Notes: a model not told the origin generated them from the sequence alone. A stretch of DNA of 64,000 nt from Macrostomum lignano (GCA_002269645.1 NIVC01001462.1:124001-188000); one strand, 5' to 3'. Shown: positions 12,231-24,678, numbered from the stretch's first letter. Program-made: numbers and translations.

Positions 12231-12505
12231 AAACCGATTATGATCGCAGTGCCGTTCCCATTTTGAATAAGGGTTTCGGCGATGGCGATTCTGGGGCAAA
12301 ATAAAGTTTCATCTGGTGTAGCTCTGGTAGTATGTAAATTCAAAACTGAATACTTGTCCTACAGTGAATAAAAGAACTACAGTAGGTACGAGCGTACTGC
12401 CACCCTATCCAGACCTTCAGTGAGTACTGCAACGCTCTGCATAACTTCAGTGAGAGTCACCGTCACCCTGATCTAGATTATCTAGACCTTCCTGATATTC
12501 AGTCG

Positions 12506-12774
12506 CTACTTTCTGCTCTCTAGAATGCAATTTGAACAATAAACAGCACTTAATTCGCCGTCCAATCGTCTCCTTTCGTCCTGGCCGCTATCAGCTGCGT
12601 AGACTTCCTTCTTTAGTCGCTCCAGCAAGCAGATCAGCATGGACCAGGACTGGGCAAGCTGAAGATGTTGACGATTAACTCGAAATGGACAGGTGCTTTG
12701 CTGCATCATTTGCTCAGCCGTTAAAGCAGCCGCTGACAGTAGATCTTCGCCTTCATGTACAGTGTCTCGAATGC
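12506..12774 (-). other. Possible exon or ORF of an unidentified protein upstream of ART-A
   Basis: Stop-free, protein-like frame after a pyrimidine-rich acceptor (CTCCCTTTTTAAAG|). No convincing donor and no recognisable domain. Confidence 0.25.
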
Positions 12775-13599
12775 CTTTAAAAAGGGAGTGTTTTAAAGCC
12801 ATTTCGGAAAAAATCAGAGGGAAGTCAGATAGTGATAGAATAATAGGAGATCATCTAGATAGCCATTAAAAGAAAATCACTGCAATTTTATTGAATCAAG
12901 AGGAAAGTTCGTGCGATTATAAAGAATTCATATGGTAATTCTGAAGCCAATTGTAACCACTTAGATGATCGTTGAATTGAAAATAATTCTACTTAGATAT
13001 TCATTGATCCAAAGATAAATCAGCCAAATGGGGATACGAGCGTTCAATCTAAAATAAATTTCTGTAGATGGTTGTAGAATAAAATACGAGTATATATCGA
13101 CGATACAAACCCGAAGCCGTCGAGGCTTCTCCGAATTCCCCCCCCCCTGTCAGTGTCCAAATCCATCAGCTCTACGTGCTTCTTCTTGATCCAATCGGTA
13201 GCGGACCGCCGTTGAGCATCGAATTCGTCCGTGTTGTCCAGTTTGACTCATGGTGGATCCTTAATATGAACTCAGTTTGTACTCAGTTTGAGACTGCGGT
13301 AGATGCCGACTCTGTCGTTGGTTTGGAAATACATGCTCCATAGAATGCGTTGTTAACTGTAATATGGTTATGTAAAAACAAGTCAAAAAGATACATTGTT
13401 TATTGCATTGCAGTTAGTATATATCGTAGCTACTTCACCATTTCCTCAGATTGTGATAGATATAGGTTCATAAAAAAATGCTTCTAAAGTCACAGAATCA
13501 CAGATAAATCAGTCAGATGATAGCAGAATCAGTTTAAAAAGATACAAACCGGAAGCCTGCGAATTAGGTAAGTATTTCAATAGGTAGGAGTGTAGTTAG

Positions 13600-13793
13600 T
13601 GTAAAATATTTGTCAAGATTTTTTAGCAATTTCTTAGCAACGATTCTGATCAAACAGTGCAAGTTCGAAAAAAATCGGTTGAGCCATTTTTGCTAAAATC
13701 GATCGCATACCTACCTACCTACCTACCTACCTACCTACCTACCTACCTACCTACCTAGATAGATAGATATTGACAGACCATTTTTAGTATGGA
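13600..13793 (-). mobile_element. 5' fragment of a non-autonomous Helitron-like family
   Basis: The reverse complement reads TC-CATACTAAAAATGG, a (TATC)/(GGTA) microsatellite, then GGCTCAACCGATTTT. This is the same head as the units in the 32.6-47.3 kb array. Confidence 0.75.
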
Positions 13794-16772
13794 CAAGAAT
13801 GCAAACAAACCTTAGAGATTTAAGTATATTTGGATTTTTGGTCTTAAAATATGCATTTCTACTCTTAGTAGAGTGTGCAAGAAGTATCAGAAAATATCTT
13901 TAAGTTCTTTACCGTTTATCTTGATGTCATTTTAGTCTGCGCACTTTAGTTTCATACCTTGTAACTGAGCATCTCATGATGCAAGTGCTAAATATAGAAT
14001 GCGCAGTTTTTCAAGTTTTTAGTGTCCTTAAAATAATAGCCATTCAATATTTAAAAACACTTATTGTTTACGCAAGGCAGTTTTGTGTAATACATAGTTT
14101 TGACTTCATCAGACGACGGAGGGATCTCAAGACAAGTCGAAACACGATTTCGCCGGAGTCACTATCGCAAGATCCGATAGTTATTTAAGGACCACTAGGG
14201 CTTCATATACCTAATAAATCTCTGAATCTTTTTACTTTCAATCATTTAATGATTTGTTTAGTTTCCTGTCATTGCAGACTGTTTCAGAAGCGTGAGGAAT
14301 ACCTGAAAAGTGGAATTTTTTGAAAACACTGACTGCAAAATTCTTTCCCAACTTGTGCCGCACTACGTATCGCTTTCCCGATCTACGTATTGCATTTCCT
14401 TAAATTGCTATTTGGGATGGCCCACCTTCTGAGCGAAGGTAATCTGTACTCTTTATTATCAGAGACTGAGTAGATATTTTCCGTGAAAGTTTTTAGGTCA
14501 AAATTCAAACTTACCTGAACCGTTTTCTGAAGCGCTTGACAACGATTTAATAATGATTCATGCTGTTCTCTGACGTCATTACCTCTGCATTGACGCGCTT
14601 CGACTTAGTTGCTCTGGTTTTGCCCTCATTTTATGACCATCTTCTTTTACGGCCTGAAAAATAGTACCTGATGCTGAATACTTTTGAACCAATCATTGAT
14701 GGTACAGCACGGAAGTTAAGAAAAAAGCTAGAAGAACAAGCCTTTCTAATTCTTGAAAATAAATTATCTTTTCTGACTCTTTCTAATTCAGCTTACCTTA
14801 AGCTCATTAACCTGTTAAATTTGCTCATTCAGAAGAAATTTCCTCAACCCATACAGATCATTGAAAAGCGTCTCCAAAACTTTCAGCCTGCTGTCGGCTT
14901 CCTGCAGTTGCTGTCGCACTTCAAGCGGCTTTCTAATCGAATCCTGAATCTCGTTCTGCACTCGAGCTAACTTTTACATAGTCTAGTGAGCACCACAGAC
15001 CCTTAACAGTTCAATTCCTGCTTGAGACCCAATTCAACAATTCAACGAAGAGAATTCCCCCAGACAATATTTTTGCGCCGCACTGCAGGCACACAAAATC
15101 CCCCTTTGGTCGTTCGATGGGCAAAAAATGATTTGGTACATGTATTGCTACTTCTAATCCCAGCAGGTTGGGCGGCTGCAAACATTGTCTGTAGGGTAAG
15201 ATTCAACCTGTCCCATATCAGGTATTAGATTCCAGGTAAAGAGGCTGTGGTGCTGTCGTTTGAAGGCAAAAGATAACCTGCGTTTACAATATTGCAAAAG
15301 CATGGCCTTATAAGGCTGACAGTCCTTGTACGTACGTACAAAATAACATTTTCCGCCCCAAATGGCTCGAAATTGAACGGATTATGGGTGACAAATCCTT
15401 TTACCCAGGAGGTGTAGCTCGTATACGGCGCTATCGACTGTCCCCATGATGACAAGATAAGACTTCTGCTCAGGGAAAATGGTATTGATTGACACGTCTC
15501 GAACTCGTACAGCGACAGATTTTGTGTGCAAAGATGCCCTCGATCGGCGAGACTGAATTCCGCGTAGCCAGCTTTTCTTCAATCTCCAAGATCAGTTGGG
15601 AGTTAGCTCTTACGCGACAAACATGTACGAGTAATTTAGCACTGTGAAGAACCAACTATGTATCGTCCAATTCGGCGCGATTCTCTAAAAAAAATCCCGA
15701 AATGTGAGAGTGAGCGGAACCACCATACCAGTGTACAGCGCAGCATACATCGTTAGTGACAAAAAGTCGAGATCAAGACAGGCCCTACAGGTGAAATGTT
15801 CAAGAACCGGCAGCCATCACCTTGCAAATTACAAAGCCGGGATTTCCAATCGCATCCTTAGCGTAGCCCATCATCCGCAGTTGGTTCGCCTTTGATCAGA
15901 CCCATAACTCAAGCATGTTTGAATGTATGCTTTGTAGGCGTTGTTGTTGCTGGACTCAATATGAGTACTATTTATGGAAAGAGACACGTTTTTTTATAAA
16001 AGAAACATTGAATTAAAAACATTCATTCACTTAAATGTCTTAAAATACACTTATCAGAAGCTAAATTATCTGATATACGAGCGTATCGTCGTATCCTTGA
16101 CATGCTTTTAAAGTTAAACTATTTTTTTTTCAAAACTAATTTATGTTTTAAAAAATAAAAAATAATTTATTAATAAATAAAATAATAGAATCTTAATAAT
16201 AATATTAATAATAACAAATAAATAAATAAATAATTTAATGATAAAAAATTATTTATGTTTTAAATCGTCACTGTCGGAAAATAAGTTATTTACTATGTCA
16301 CGGATACTGCCCAGAAAGGCAAATAATAGCTATATTTAGAGATGATGCATTAACTGTACTCTAAACTGCATTCAAGCCTACTCAACTCTTGCACAAAATG
16401 GATGTTAAATGGAAGAGCTAATGAAATTCTGTCGGACGAACAATGGGAAGGAATTACTCAGTCTAACGCAGAGCGGAGTACTCTCAGGATGCTGTGGAGT
16501 ACACCTCCTGTGGACAGAAAATATGCGAAGTGATGCATAAATGTAGCCTCTTCAAAGAAAAAGACATTTCTATTATAAAAAATTAGCCACAAAATTCACC
16601 GCCCACGAAATAGCCTAAAGAAGGCAGACTGCACTTCAATCTTCGCACCACGATTACGGGTAAATTACGAGCTATTTTTTTAAAAATACGTTTTCTAAAA
16701 TAAGCTAAGTTCTACATCTGGTAACACTATTACCTGATTCAATTCCTAAAGCAGGCCAGCGGTATAAGCGAA

Positions 16773-17345
16773 ATGAAGCGCATACCATTGAAAAAGAACG
16801 ACGACAACACTGCTCCAGAATACTTCAAAGTGCGGGACAGAGTAAGAAGATACACCCGAGACGAGCACAATGTTAGACTACAAATATTAAGAATTGAGAA
16901 GATTGAAAACCAGGTACTTGATAGACGCTTGCACGATGTTTCTAAGCGAATGCACCTCAGAAACTGTAAACCGGAGCTGCTCATTCACGGTACTCAAACC
17001 AGATACGTCGAACAAATGATCAGAGACGGTTTCAGCTATCAAAGAAAAGGCCTGTTTGGTCAGGGCTTCTACTTCTACACCGACAGCAGCAAAGCTGCTC
17101 GAGGCTGCGGTAGAGACACTACAAAGTGCCTCCTACTGTGTGATGTGCAGTTGGGCAACACCATGGCGATGAAATCTGCTGACAGGAGCCTCAATTTGAG
17201 CAGAATCAAGTCAGCCGGATTCGACTCGGTTTACGGCGTTCGGGGTACCAAGGAATCCGGGGGCGTCTTCAACGACGAGTACGTTGTGTTCCGGTCCGAA
17301 CAGATTGCACCAAGGTACCTCGTCTGGTTTACAAGTAAGCTGTGA
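16773..17345 (+). CDS. Tankyrase-like ADP-ribosyltransferase copy B (190 aa from this ATG; possible acceptor at 16754 would add upstream exons)
   Basis: Intact ORF: RIEKIENQVLDRR, LLIHGT, GLFGQGFYF, LLLCDVQLG, FNDEYVVF...APRYLV. AATAAA at about 17467. Confidence 0.9.
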   Translation: MKRIPLKKNDDNTAPEYFKVRDRVRRYTRDEHNVRLQILRIEKIENQVLDRRLHDVSKRMHLRNCKPELLIHGTQTRYVEQMIRDGFSYQRKGLFGQGFYFYTDSSKAARGCGRDTTKCLLLCDVQLGNTMAMKSADRSLNLSRIKSAGFDSVYGVRGTKESGGVFNDEYVVFRSEQIAPRYLVWFTSKL

Positions 17346-17395
17346 CGTTGTCAGTTTAAAGTGGTCCCACAAAAGGGCCGTTGGACTACAATTTG
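17341..17395. mobile_element. Short LTR-terminus fragment homologous to the solo LTR at 24679
   Basis: TGTGACGTTG..AGTTTAAAGTGGTCCCACAAAAGGGCCGTTGGACTA is nearly identical to 24679-24735. Confidence 0.7.
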
Positions 17396-17972
17396 GCCCA
17401 CAGCTCAATAGAGGCGTACTCGTATACAAGGCAAGCATCAAAGCAAAGTTGCTTACAATCGGTCTTAATAAATTCGACAGTGTTCAAACTATGCACCAAG
17501 TGACAATACGTATTTGAATCACCCGAGTCGGTACCAAAAGTTCAAAAGCACTAAATTGCAACTGACTCGTATTAAAACACTTAAATTTTACTGATTGTCT
17601 AATTAACTTGTGCGTTTGTTTTAGTGGTGTATCTAACCTAACTCGCTCCGATATCGCTCCGATTGGTACTTATGTTTGTAATAAATAAAACTACAACTGG
17701 GTGAATTCGTTTTCAAATAGCTACGTCTCAGTTACAATGAGCCTTCTTGATTTGCCCCGCTTTTTAAAAGTCTTTAAAAACTTGCTTTATCAACGAGCAG
17801 TGCGCTTAAGATAAGATCAGCTGATACACGTAGATCTGGCAACTTACGGCTTGTACCAGCGAAGCAAAATACGGAGTAGAGAGAATTGTGCGCTACTCGT
17901 ACAACTGCGTACAGTGCAGCTGTGTGTAAACTTGGTTGGAAAATGGAATTTTGACTGACTCCACTCTGAGCT

Positions 17973-18200
17973 TCCCTATACTAAAAAATGGTTCGTTGGT
18001 AGGTGTGTGAATGATCGATTTCAGAAAAAACGGCTCAACCGATGTTCTTCAAACTTGCACCCTTCGATCAGATTTTTTCCTGACGGTGCATGTGTCGTGG
18101 CTATGAAATTGCTCAATGCTAAAAGCATTAAATATTTGACAAACGTTTTTTGGCAAAGGTCAAGCAGAGCTGTTGACTCCGAGCTGTTTTAACTAAATTT
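17973..18200 (+). mobile_element. 5' fragment of the same non-autonomous Helitron-like family
   Basis: TC-CCTATACTAAAAAATGG ... AAAAACGGCTCAACCGATGTTCTTCAAACTTGCA. Confidence 0.75.
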
Positions 18201-18334
18201 ATTTTAGCTAAAGCACGGACCGTTCACTATTTCAACAATCATTTTTATACGAGCGTAATAGAAAACTAGCTATGGAAGTTCATGTATATCAATATTATAC
18301 ATGTAAATAATATTGATATACATGAACTAATAAA

Positions 18335-18376
18335 TAGATTCTATCTATAGAATCTATAGATAGATTCTATCTATCT

Positions 18377-18423
<47 letters not shown>

Positions 18424-18440
18424 TATAGATAGATAGATTA
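18335..18440. repeat. (ATAG)n microsatellite with adjacent AT-rich palindromes
   Basis: Direct reading. Confidence 0.9.
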
Positions 18441-18746
18441 AATATCTGCACGTTTTCTGCACGTCTGTGAATGGCCAACTCTAAAAGGCAGTTCAGCGTC
18501 ATCAGGTGCATCTTTACCATTGCAGATTGGTATTTAGCTATTCGATTTCAAAGTACCTAAGGTTACTTAGGTTCCAAGCATCTGCATTTTACGAGCCTGA
18601 ACACTTTATCAATAATATTGATAAATATATAGTAAATAACAGATCAATAATATATCTATAGACTATTATAGATAGTCTATAATAGACTATATCTATTAAT
18701 CTAGGCAGCTACAGAGAAAATTAAAATTCTTAGGAATATTTAGAAG

Positions 18747-20952
18747 TGATGTAACCGCCCTTGTCGCCTGTCCGCTCCGTAGAGAGACGAACGCATGACT
18801 AGAGGGGGCAATGACCGTAGGCTGCCTATGACCGGGCAATGACCTGACGGACCTCCAGCACCAGACTGTCCCGCCCACATGATTGATAGCTTTGGTAGCG
18901 CTTTGTGACCAGAGGGCCAAGGACCCGCATGGACCCCACCTGTAGCCAAGGTGCAATAGTTGGTCACTCGGTCATAGTATGACCGAGTGGCTGCCACCAC
19001 TCTATGTGACCTGGCGCACCTGGATCTTTCTACCAGACCTCTCGAGGCTAGAGCCCCGCCTGGGATGGTTACCAGGAGATTTAGGCTAACAGGGGAGACA
19101 CATGCAGCCGAGTACAGGGACTCTGCTTGGGGCATGATCGGGAACTCTGGGCTCAATCTGGAGGATTTCTCAGCAGGGGATCCTTTTGTGGCTGTGAGCG
19201 AGGCTGACTTGCGACTTTGATTACTAAGAGTAGTATGAGGCGAACATGTACTGTCTATAGTTTAGATTGCTCAGGGCGAAGGGACGCGTCAGCATGGGGT
19301 TGCAACCTTCCTACTGCCATTCTGTGCCAAGACTCGCTAATTCCCTCTACTGCACGCACACACGGCCCCGCAGCACGCACTCACAGGCGAGCTTTGCACG
19401 GGGAGAGGCCATTAGCTTACCCAAACTTCCTTATGCTTAGCCACCCCGGGAGAAAGGCTTAGCAAGCCATGAGTGAAATGATGGTGAAAGAGTGAATAAT
19501 GATGAGGTTAGTTAATAGTTAATAATTAGGCCCTTAGGCAAATAGTCAGGCAATTAGGCGGCTTCACTATTGAGTAAAATACAGCAAAAGTTACGGTATC
19601 ACAATTGGCTCAGCTCTCTAATTAAGCAATGGCAAATAGGCAAACCCCGGATAAGCAAGGCGATTAGAGCACAAATTAGAAATAGGAACTTACCGGCAGC
19701 TGCACAGAGAGAGAGAGACGGAGTGACCGAGGGCGGCTGTAGGCTGCAGTCAGGCGGACAGTGAAGCGGCGATGCGCTGAAGCGACGAGGCGCTGGTGTA
19801 GATCAGGCGATGCTGATGATGCTGGGCGGTATCAGACCGCTGGCCGATAGGCGAGCTCACTTGGGGAGCTGAAGATAACTTGGCGGTAACAGACCGCGGA
19901 CCGGCAGAGGTTCGTCCTATGGACAAATAGGTCAGAGTTACGGCTGACAGCAAGTCCAAAGAAAGACGAGGAGCCCGAAGGTTGAGGATTCTCATGCCGG
20001 AAACCGCTTCCTTATATAGCCTTTCCAGCCGCCGCTCCAAGGTCGTTTCCATGACTCCCTCTCTCTGATTGGCTGCCGGCAGAATGACGTCAGAATGAGT
20101 CATGATGAGAAGCATGAGACCGGCATAGCAACATGAGAAATGGGAGAATTGCGCAACCGGAGGTGAGGTGGGGGGATAATTGGCGCAGCGGGAGGTCGCA
20201 AAAGTGTTGCGCAAGCTAAACACTGAGAACAATGGGGCTGGGGTCGAGAACATAGGAATTGGAAAACGGGGATAATTGGGGAGAATTGAGAACAATAGAA
20301 AAGCAAACATTGGGAAAAAGGTGATAATTAGGTGCGAAAATGAGAACAATAGAAAGAGAAAATCGGAGAAAATATGATAATTGGTGGGGGTAAAGAGAAC
20401 AAAAGAATCAAAAACGAGAACAATAGAAGCGGAGGTGGGGTGGGTGTCGCATGAGAAATTTGGGGAGGAGAACAATGGCGTGAGAAAAGGTTGTGCAAGA
20501 GAGGGGGATGAGTCATCGATGAGTCATCGAGGGGAAGAAGGGGGTCACACGACTTGCGTCACCGTTTGGGAGTTTGAGAAGGGATGGGGTGACGGTGAGC
20601 GCACAAAATACTGTAAGTAGACGCAGAGAAAGGGAGGACGGCGCAGGAAAAAAGGGCGAAAAGGGGCAAAAAGAGGGGGGACAGGAAGAGTGCATAGAGA
20701 ATAGGGAGGCGCGCAGGGGAGATAAGGTAGAGGGGGGGTACAAAGAGGGAGGGGGAGCTCCAGAAAGGCCAGTGTGGCGGCAGGGGAGACGGAGCCAAGG
20801 CAGCAGGGGGGTTGCAGCAGAGCGGGAGTCTCCAGGCCTGGTCGAAGACCTGGCCGAGTCTCAACAGCTCTGTGCAGGGGGTGCACGGCGATAGGAGGCA
20901 CTTTCGAAAAAGTTCCCCTGCCCTATCCTGCCACCAGAGCGTGGTTACATCA
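18747..20952 (-). mobile_element. 2.2-kb solo LTR (TG...CA)
   Basis: Perfect 10-bp terminal inverted repeat TGATGTAACC / GGTTACATCA, 4-bp TSD GAAG on both sides, and an internal Pol II promoter on the minus strand. Confidence 0.75.
20011..20092 (-). promoter_or_regulatory. LTR promoter: CRE (TGACGTCA), CCAAT box and TATATAAG
   Basis: On the minus strand, TGACGTCA (20085-20092), CCAAT (20068-20072) and TATATAAG (20011-20018) occur in canonical order and spacing. Confidence 0.65.
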
Positions 20953-21735
20953 GAAGCCCAAAAATGCTTAGCTGTAGCAACGGCTCTCTTTTATGAGTGC
21001 AACATAGCTAGCTACTTATAATTAAGGGTCGCCAACAGATAGAACCTACACTATATATAGAGCGCCAATAGTGTAGTGCCCTTTTTGCTGGGCCTCCTAC
21101 AGACGGGCTGAGTTGAGACAATTGCAGCGAATTGTTGAGATAGAAAATATTGAGAGCCAGCAACACGGTTAGAATGAAACCAAACTTGAATAGATGTACC
21201 AGGTACATTCTTTATTGTACCAGGTAAAATGCACCTTCATGGAATTCTGCTCCCTCTCTCTCTCTCTCACTCTTCCTTCCCCTCTCCTTCCCCTCTCTCT
21301 CTATTTCTATTTATCTATCTAGGACTCCTACGACTTCAAGGCATACCTTATGCATAAAAGCTGCACGGAAGGTTCGACTCTGGCAACTTGTGATGCCAGA
21401 GTCTATACTCCATGATCCCCATAGACCAAGGCATTGCAGCGATCCAGGGATCCTTTAAACGATACCCGGATCTCATTAGATCGGAAGCTGAGATAATAAA
21501 GCTACTGGAACTGTGTTTATACAGGAATGACTTTGTGTTGTGCTTTTGGCTTTAGCCTTTAGCAATTGTCAGTCTAGCGGTCTGTTGATCTCTGACGCGT
21601 CTATCATTTATTTCATAACTCAATACTCGTAGCATGGTTCAATTCATCAACGCAGTCGCGTAACAAAAATGTCTATGACAAAGCCATCAACCCACAACAC
21701 CCTCCCTCTTCTATAGGTAGGTGTACAATTTTCAC

Positions 21736-24670
21736 TCAGGTGCGATAAAAAATTCTAGTTTTCTTGGCCAAGCGTTTGCTTCGCCTGGGTGACGGCTTGG
21801 ATTGAACTCCGGCCTCAGTCTGTTGCTGTTGTGCTCTCTCAGCTTGTTCTGTTCCTGGTAGTATCTCAGTGTCTGTCGATGACGGACGCGTCTGTTGGCC
21901 GTCGTCACTTGGACCGTTGCCACCGGGCTTGGAATCCCCCATTTCCATAGTTCCGTAAGCCTCAGGTACCTCACCGATTCGTAGTTGATCGAGGTGGGTC
22001 TTTAGATTTCGTCCAGTCTCTGGGGTGACGACTGCTGTGTTGCTGCCAAGCATTTTGGCGAATCTCACAGTTCGTGGCTCATGAGAACTCGATGCACGGT
22101 AGATGAGTGATTCTCCTGGGATCCACTTGGACTGAGTGCTGCTCTCCGAGATGGGGAGTCTTATTTGTCTGCCGTTCAACAACTCGGACGGTGATGCTTG
22201 CTGCTTCCCTTTGGCAGCTCTGTAGAACAGTAGAAATCTGTCAATGCTTCTTTGGGATCAACCATTGGTCTTGATTGTCTCTTTGACGGTTCGCACCATT
22301 CGCTCTGCAATGCCGTTGCTCTGTGGATGGTAGGCGGGCGTTGTGATGTGCGAACAGCCAATCTGGGTGAGCCAGCCGGTCACCGCTTCGCTCACAAAAC
22401 TAGGGCCGTTGTCTGACACGAGACACTTGGGCACCCCCCTGTTGTGAGAACAATCTTCTAAATCTGGAAATGACTGTGTTGGCCTTCATGTCGCTCGTGA
22501 TGAAGACTTCCGGGTAGCTCGAGTGCGCATCCACAATGATGAGTAGGTACTTGCCCTCTATCGGACCGGCAAAATCAATGTGCACTCGCTCCCAGGGGTT
22601 GTCAGGTTCTGGCCACGAGTGCCGAAAGTTCTTATTTCTGGACTTGTACGCGTTGCACACGTTGCATCGTCCAATGTAGTCAGCAATGTCACGGTCCATC
22701 TGTGGCCACCAAAACTGTTCCCTCAAAATCGACTTTGACTTTTCCACCCCAAGGTGCGTTGAGTGTACAGCTGCCAGGGCAGTTTCTCTCAGGACACGAG
22801 GCAATACAATTCTGTTCATTCTGTAAATAATTCCATCATTGACAGTTAGCTCATCTTGAACCTTTGAGTAGCTGAGTAGGTGTGGCTCGTCAAATAGATT
22901 ATTGTTAATTATGGCTGCGCCCAGGCATCTGAACTCCGGGTCCTCTCTGGTTGCGTGTGCAATGCGATCCAGCTGAATTACTCCCGGGTTGTCAGCTTCG
23001 AGGAGTCCGATCGATGCTGTCTGTGCATTCGGCTTAGCGGGCACCAGTCGAGATAGCGCATCCGACAGCATTAGCTTTGATGGTCGATACTGTATGTCAC
23101 AGTCATAAGCAGCTAGTATGATTGCCCATCGTTGTAGTCGAGCTGAAACTCTGGTGGGCAGCTGTTTGTCTGGCGCGAATATGTATGTGAGGGGCCGGTG
23201 ATCAGTTATCAGTGTGAACCTCCGGCCATACAAGAACCGATGGCATCTTTGAATGCACCAAACCAGTGCCAGGCCTTCACGCTCTATTTGCGAATATTTT
23301 GTTTCGGCGTCAGACAGAGTCTTGCTCATGTACACCACGACTTGACCGCTTTGTGTCAACACTCCGCCCAGAGCTCGCTGAGAACTGTCGCATTCCAGTT
23401 CAATGGGCTTCTCCGGATCAAATATTTGAAGACTCGATTGATCAGAGAGAGTGACCTTGATTTCGTCAAATGCTATTTGACACTCCTTTGTCCACACGAA
23501 GTCCTCATTTTTCTTTCTTAGTCGATTGAGAGGCTTGGTCAGTGCAGCTAGGTTTCTGATGAACTTGCCGCTAAAATTTACGAGACCCAGGAAGGATTCA
23601 AGCTCGCCAACGTTCTGCGGTGGTGTCATGTCCTGGATTGCCTTCACTTTGGCTGGGTCCGGCTTGAGCTGATCTCCTTCCAATAAGTAGCCTAGAAACT
23701 TGATCGAAGTCTTGCGGAATTCACTTTTCACCGTGTTGATCTTCAATCCTTGCTGGTTTACTCGATGCAATACTTCCGTCTCACGAACTGCCAATTGTTT
23801 TACTCCTTTGCCGCATATCAATATGTCGTCTACGTAGGCAATGACGCCAGGAATTCCTTGTAGGACTTGGCTAATGTACCGCTGGAAGATCGCAGGTGCT
23901 GTTTTCACTCCGAACGGAAGCTTGTTGAAAGCGAACACCCAAATGGTGTTGACATTTACTGTCAGCTCTTTGGAAGCTTCATCTAGTGGGATCTGGTGAT
24001 AAGCTTTCTCTAGGTCCAGACGAGTGTATATCCGGCTGCCAGCAGCAGTTGCAATCACTTCGTCAGGTGCAGGCATCGGATATGAATCGTTGATAAGATG
24101 AGAATTGATTGTCACCTTGTAGTCGACGCAAAGTCTGAGCTTTCCAGAAGGTTTCTTGACCACGACAATTGGTGAGGCCCATTCACTGAACTTGACGGGC
24201 TTGATGGTGTCTTCTTCAAGCAACCGATCAATTTCATCCTTGACTCCCTGTCTGAGTGCGAAGGGTGGCGGCCTGGGTTTGCAATGAATTGGAGTGGTTC
24301 CTTCCTTGATCTTAAGAGTTACTGGTGGAAATTCGCATGACTGGGTTGCCGATGTGCAGCTGTTGTCTACAGCGTTTAGCGTGAAATTGAGCTTGTCTCG
24401 GCCAACCAGAACAAAGTTCCTCTGCGATTCCACAATGAAGAATGTGATTGGAATGAACTCGTCATTGTACTCCAACTCAGTGTCGTGTGTTCCAAAGACC
24501 TTCATCTGCGTATCAGCGTATGTTGTCAGAACAGTGTCTGTAGGTGTCAGCTTTGGACAACCGAATCGTTTCCAGATCGTTTTTGACATTACCGAAACTC
24601 CTTCCCCAGTATCGATTTGTGCGTTCACGCTAAGCATCGACCCACTCGTGTGTCTGAGCCTAACAGGCAC
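21736..24670 (-). pseudogene. pol: Gypsy pol (protease DTG, RT YVDD, RNase H, HHCC, integrase DFAG/SDNG/AER), frameshifted in the integrase
   Basis: 756-aa ORF 22400-24670 plus a frameshifted continuation. Confidence 0.9.
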
Positions 24671-24678
24671 GGTGTAGC

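Noticed and set aside
15225-15655. Overlapping Cys-containing minus-strand ORFs
   Set aside because: No recognisable domain or consistent frame could be assembled.
18696-19156. SLRSGQAT, resembling a DIRS/Ngaro tyrosine recombinase HSLRSGGAT motif
   Set aside because: No other recombinase or RT motifs are present; the region is better explained as a solo LTR with TG...CA ends and a 4-bp TSD.
23198-24677. Plus-strand ORFs of 100-130 aa over the Gypsy pol, and similar antisense ORFs over the ART and LINE genes
   Set aside because: They are shadow ORFs opposite real coding sequence.
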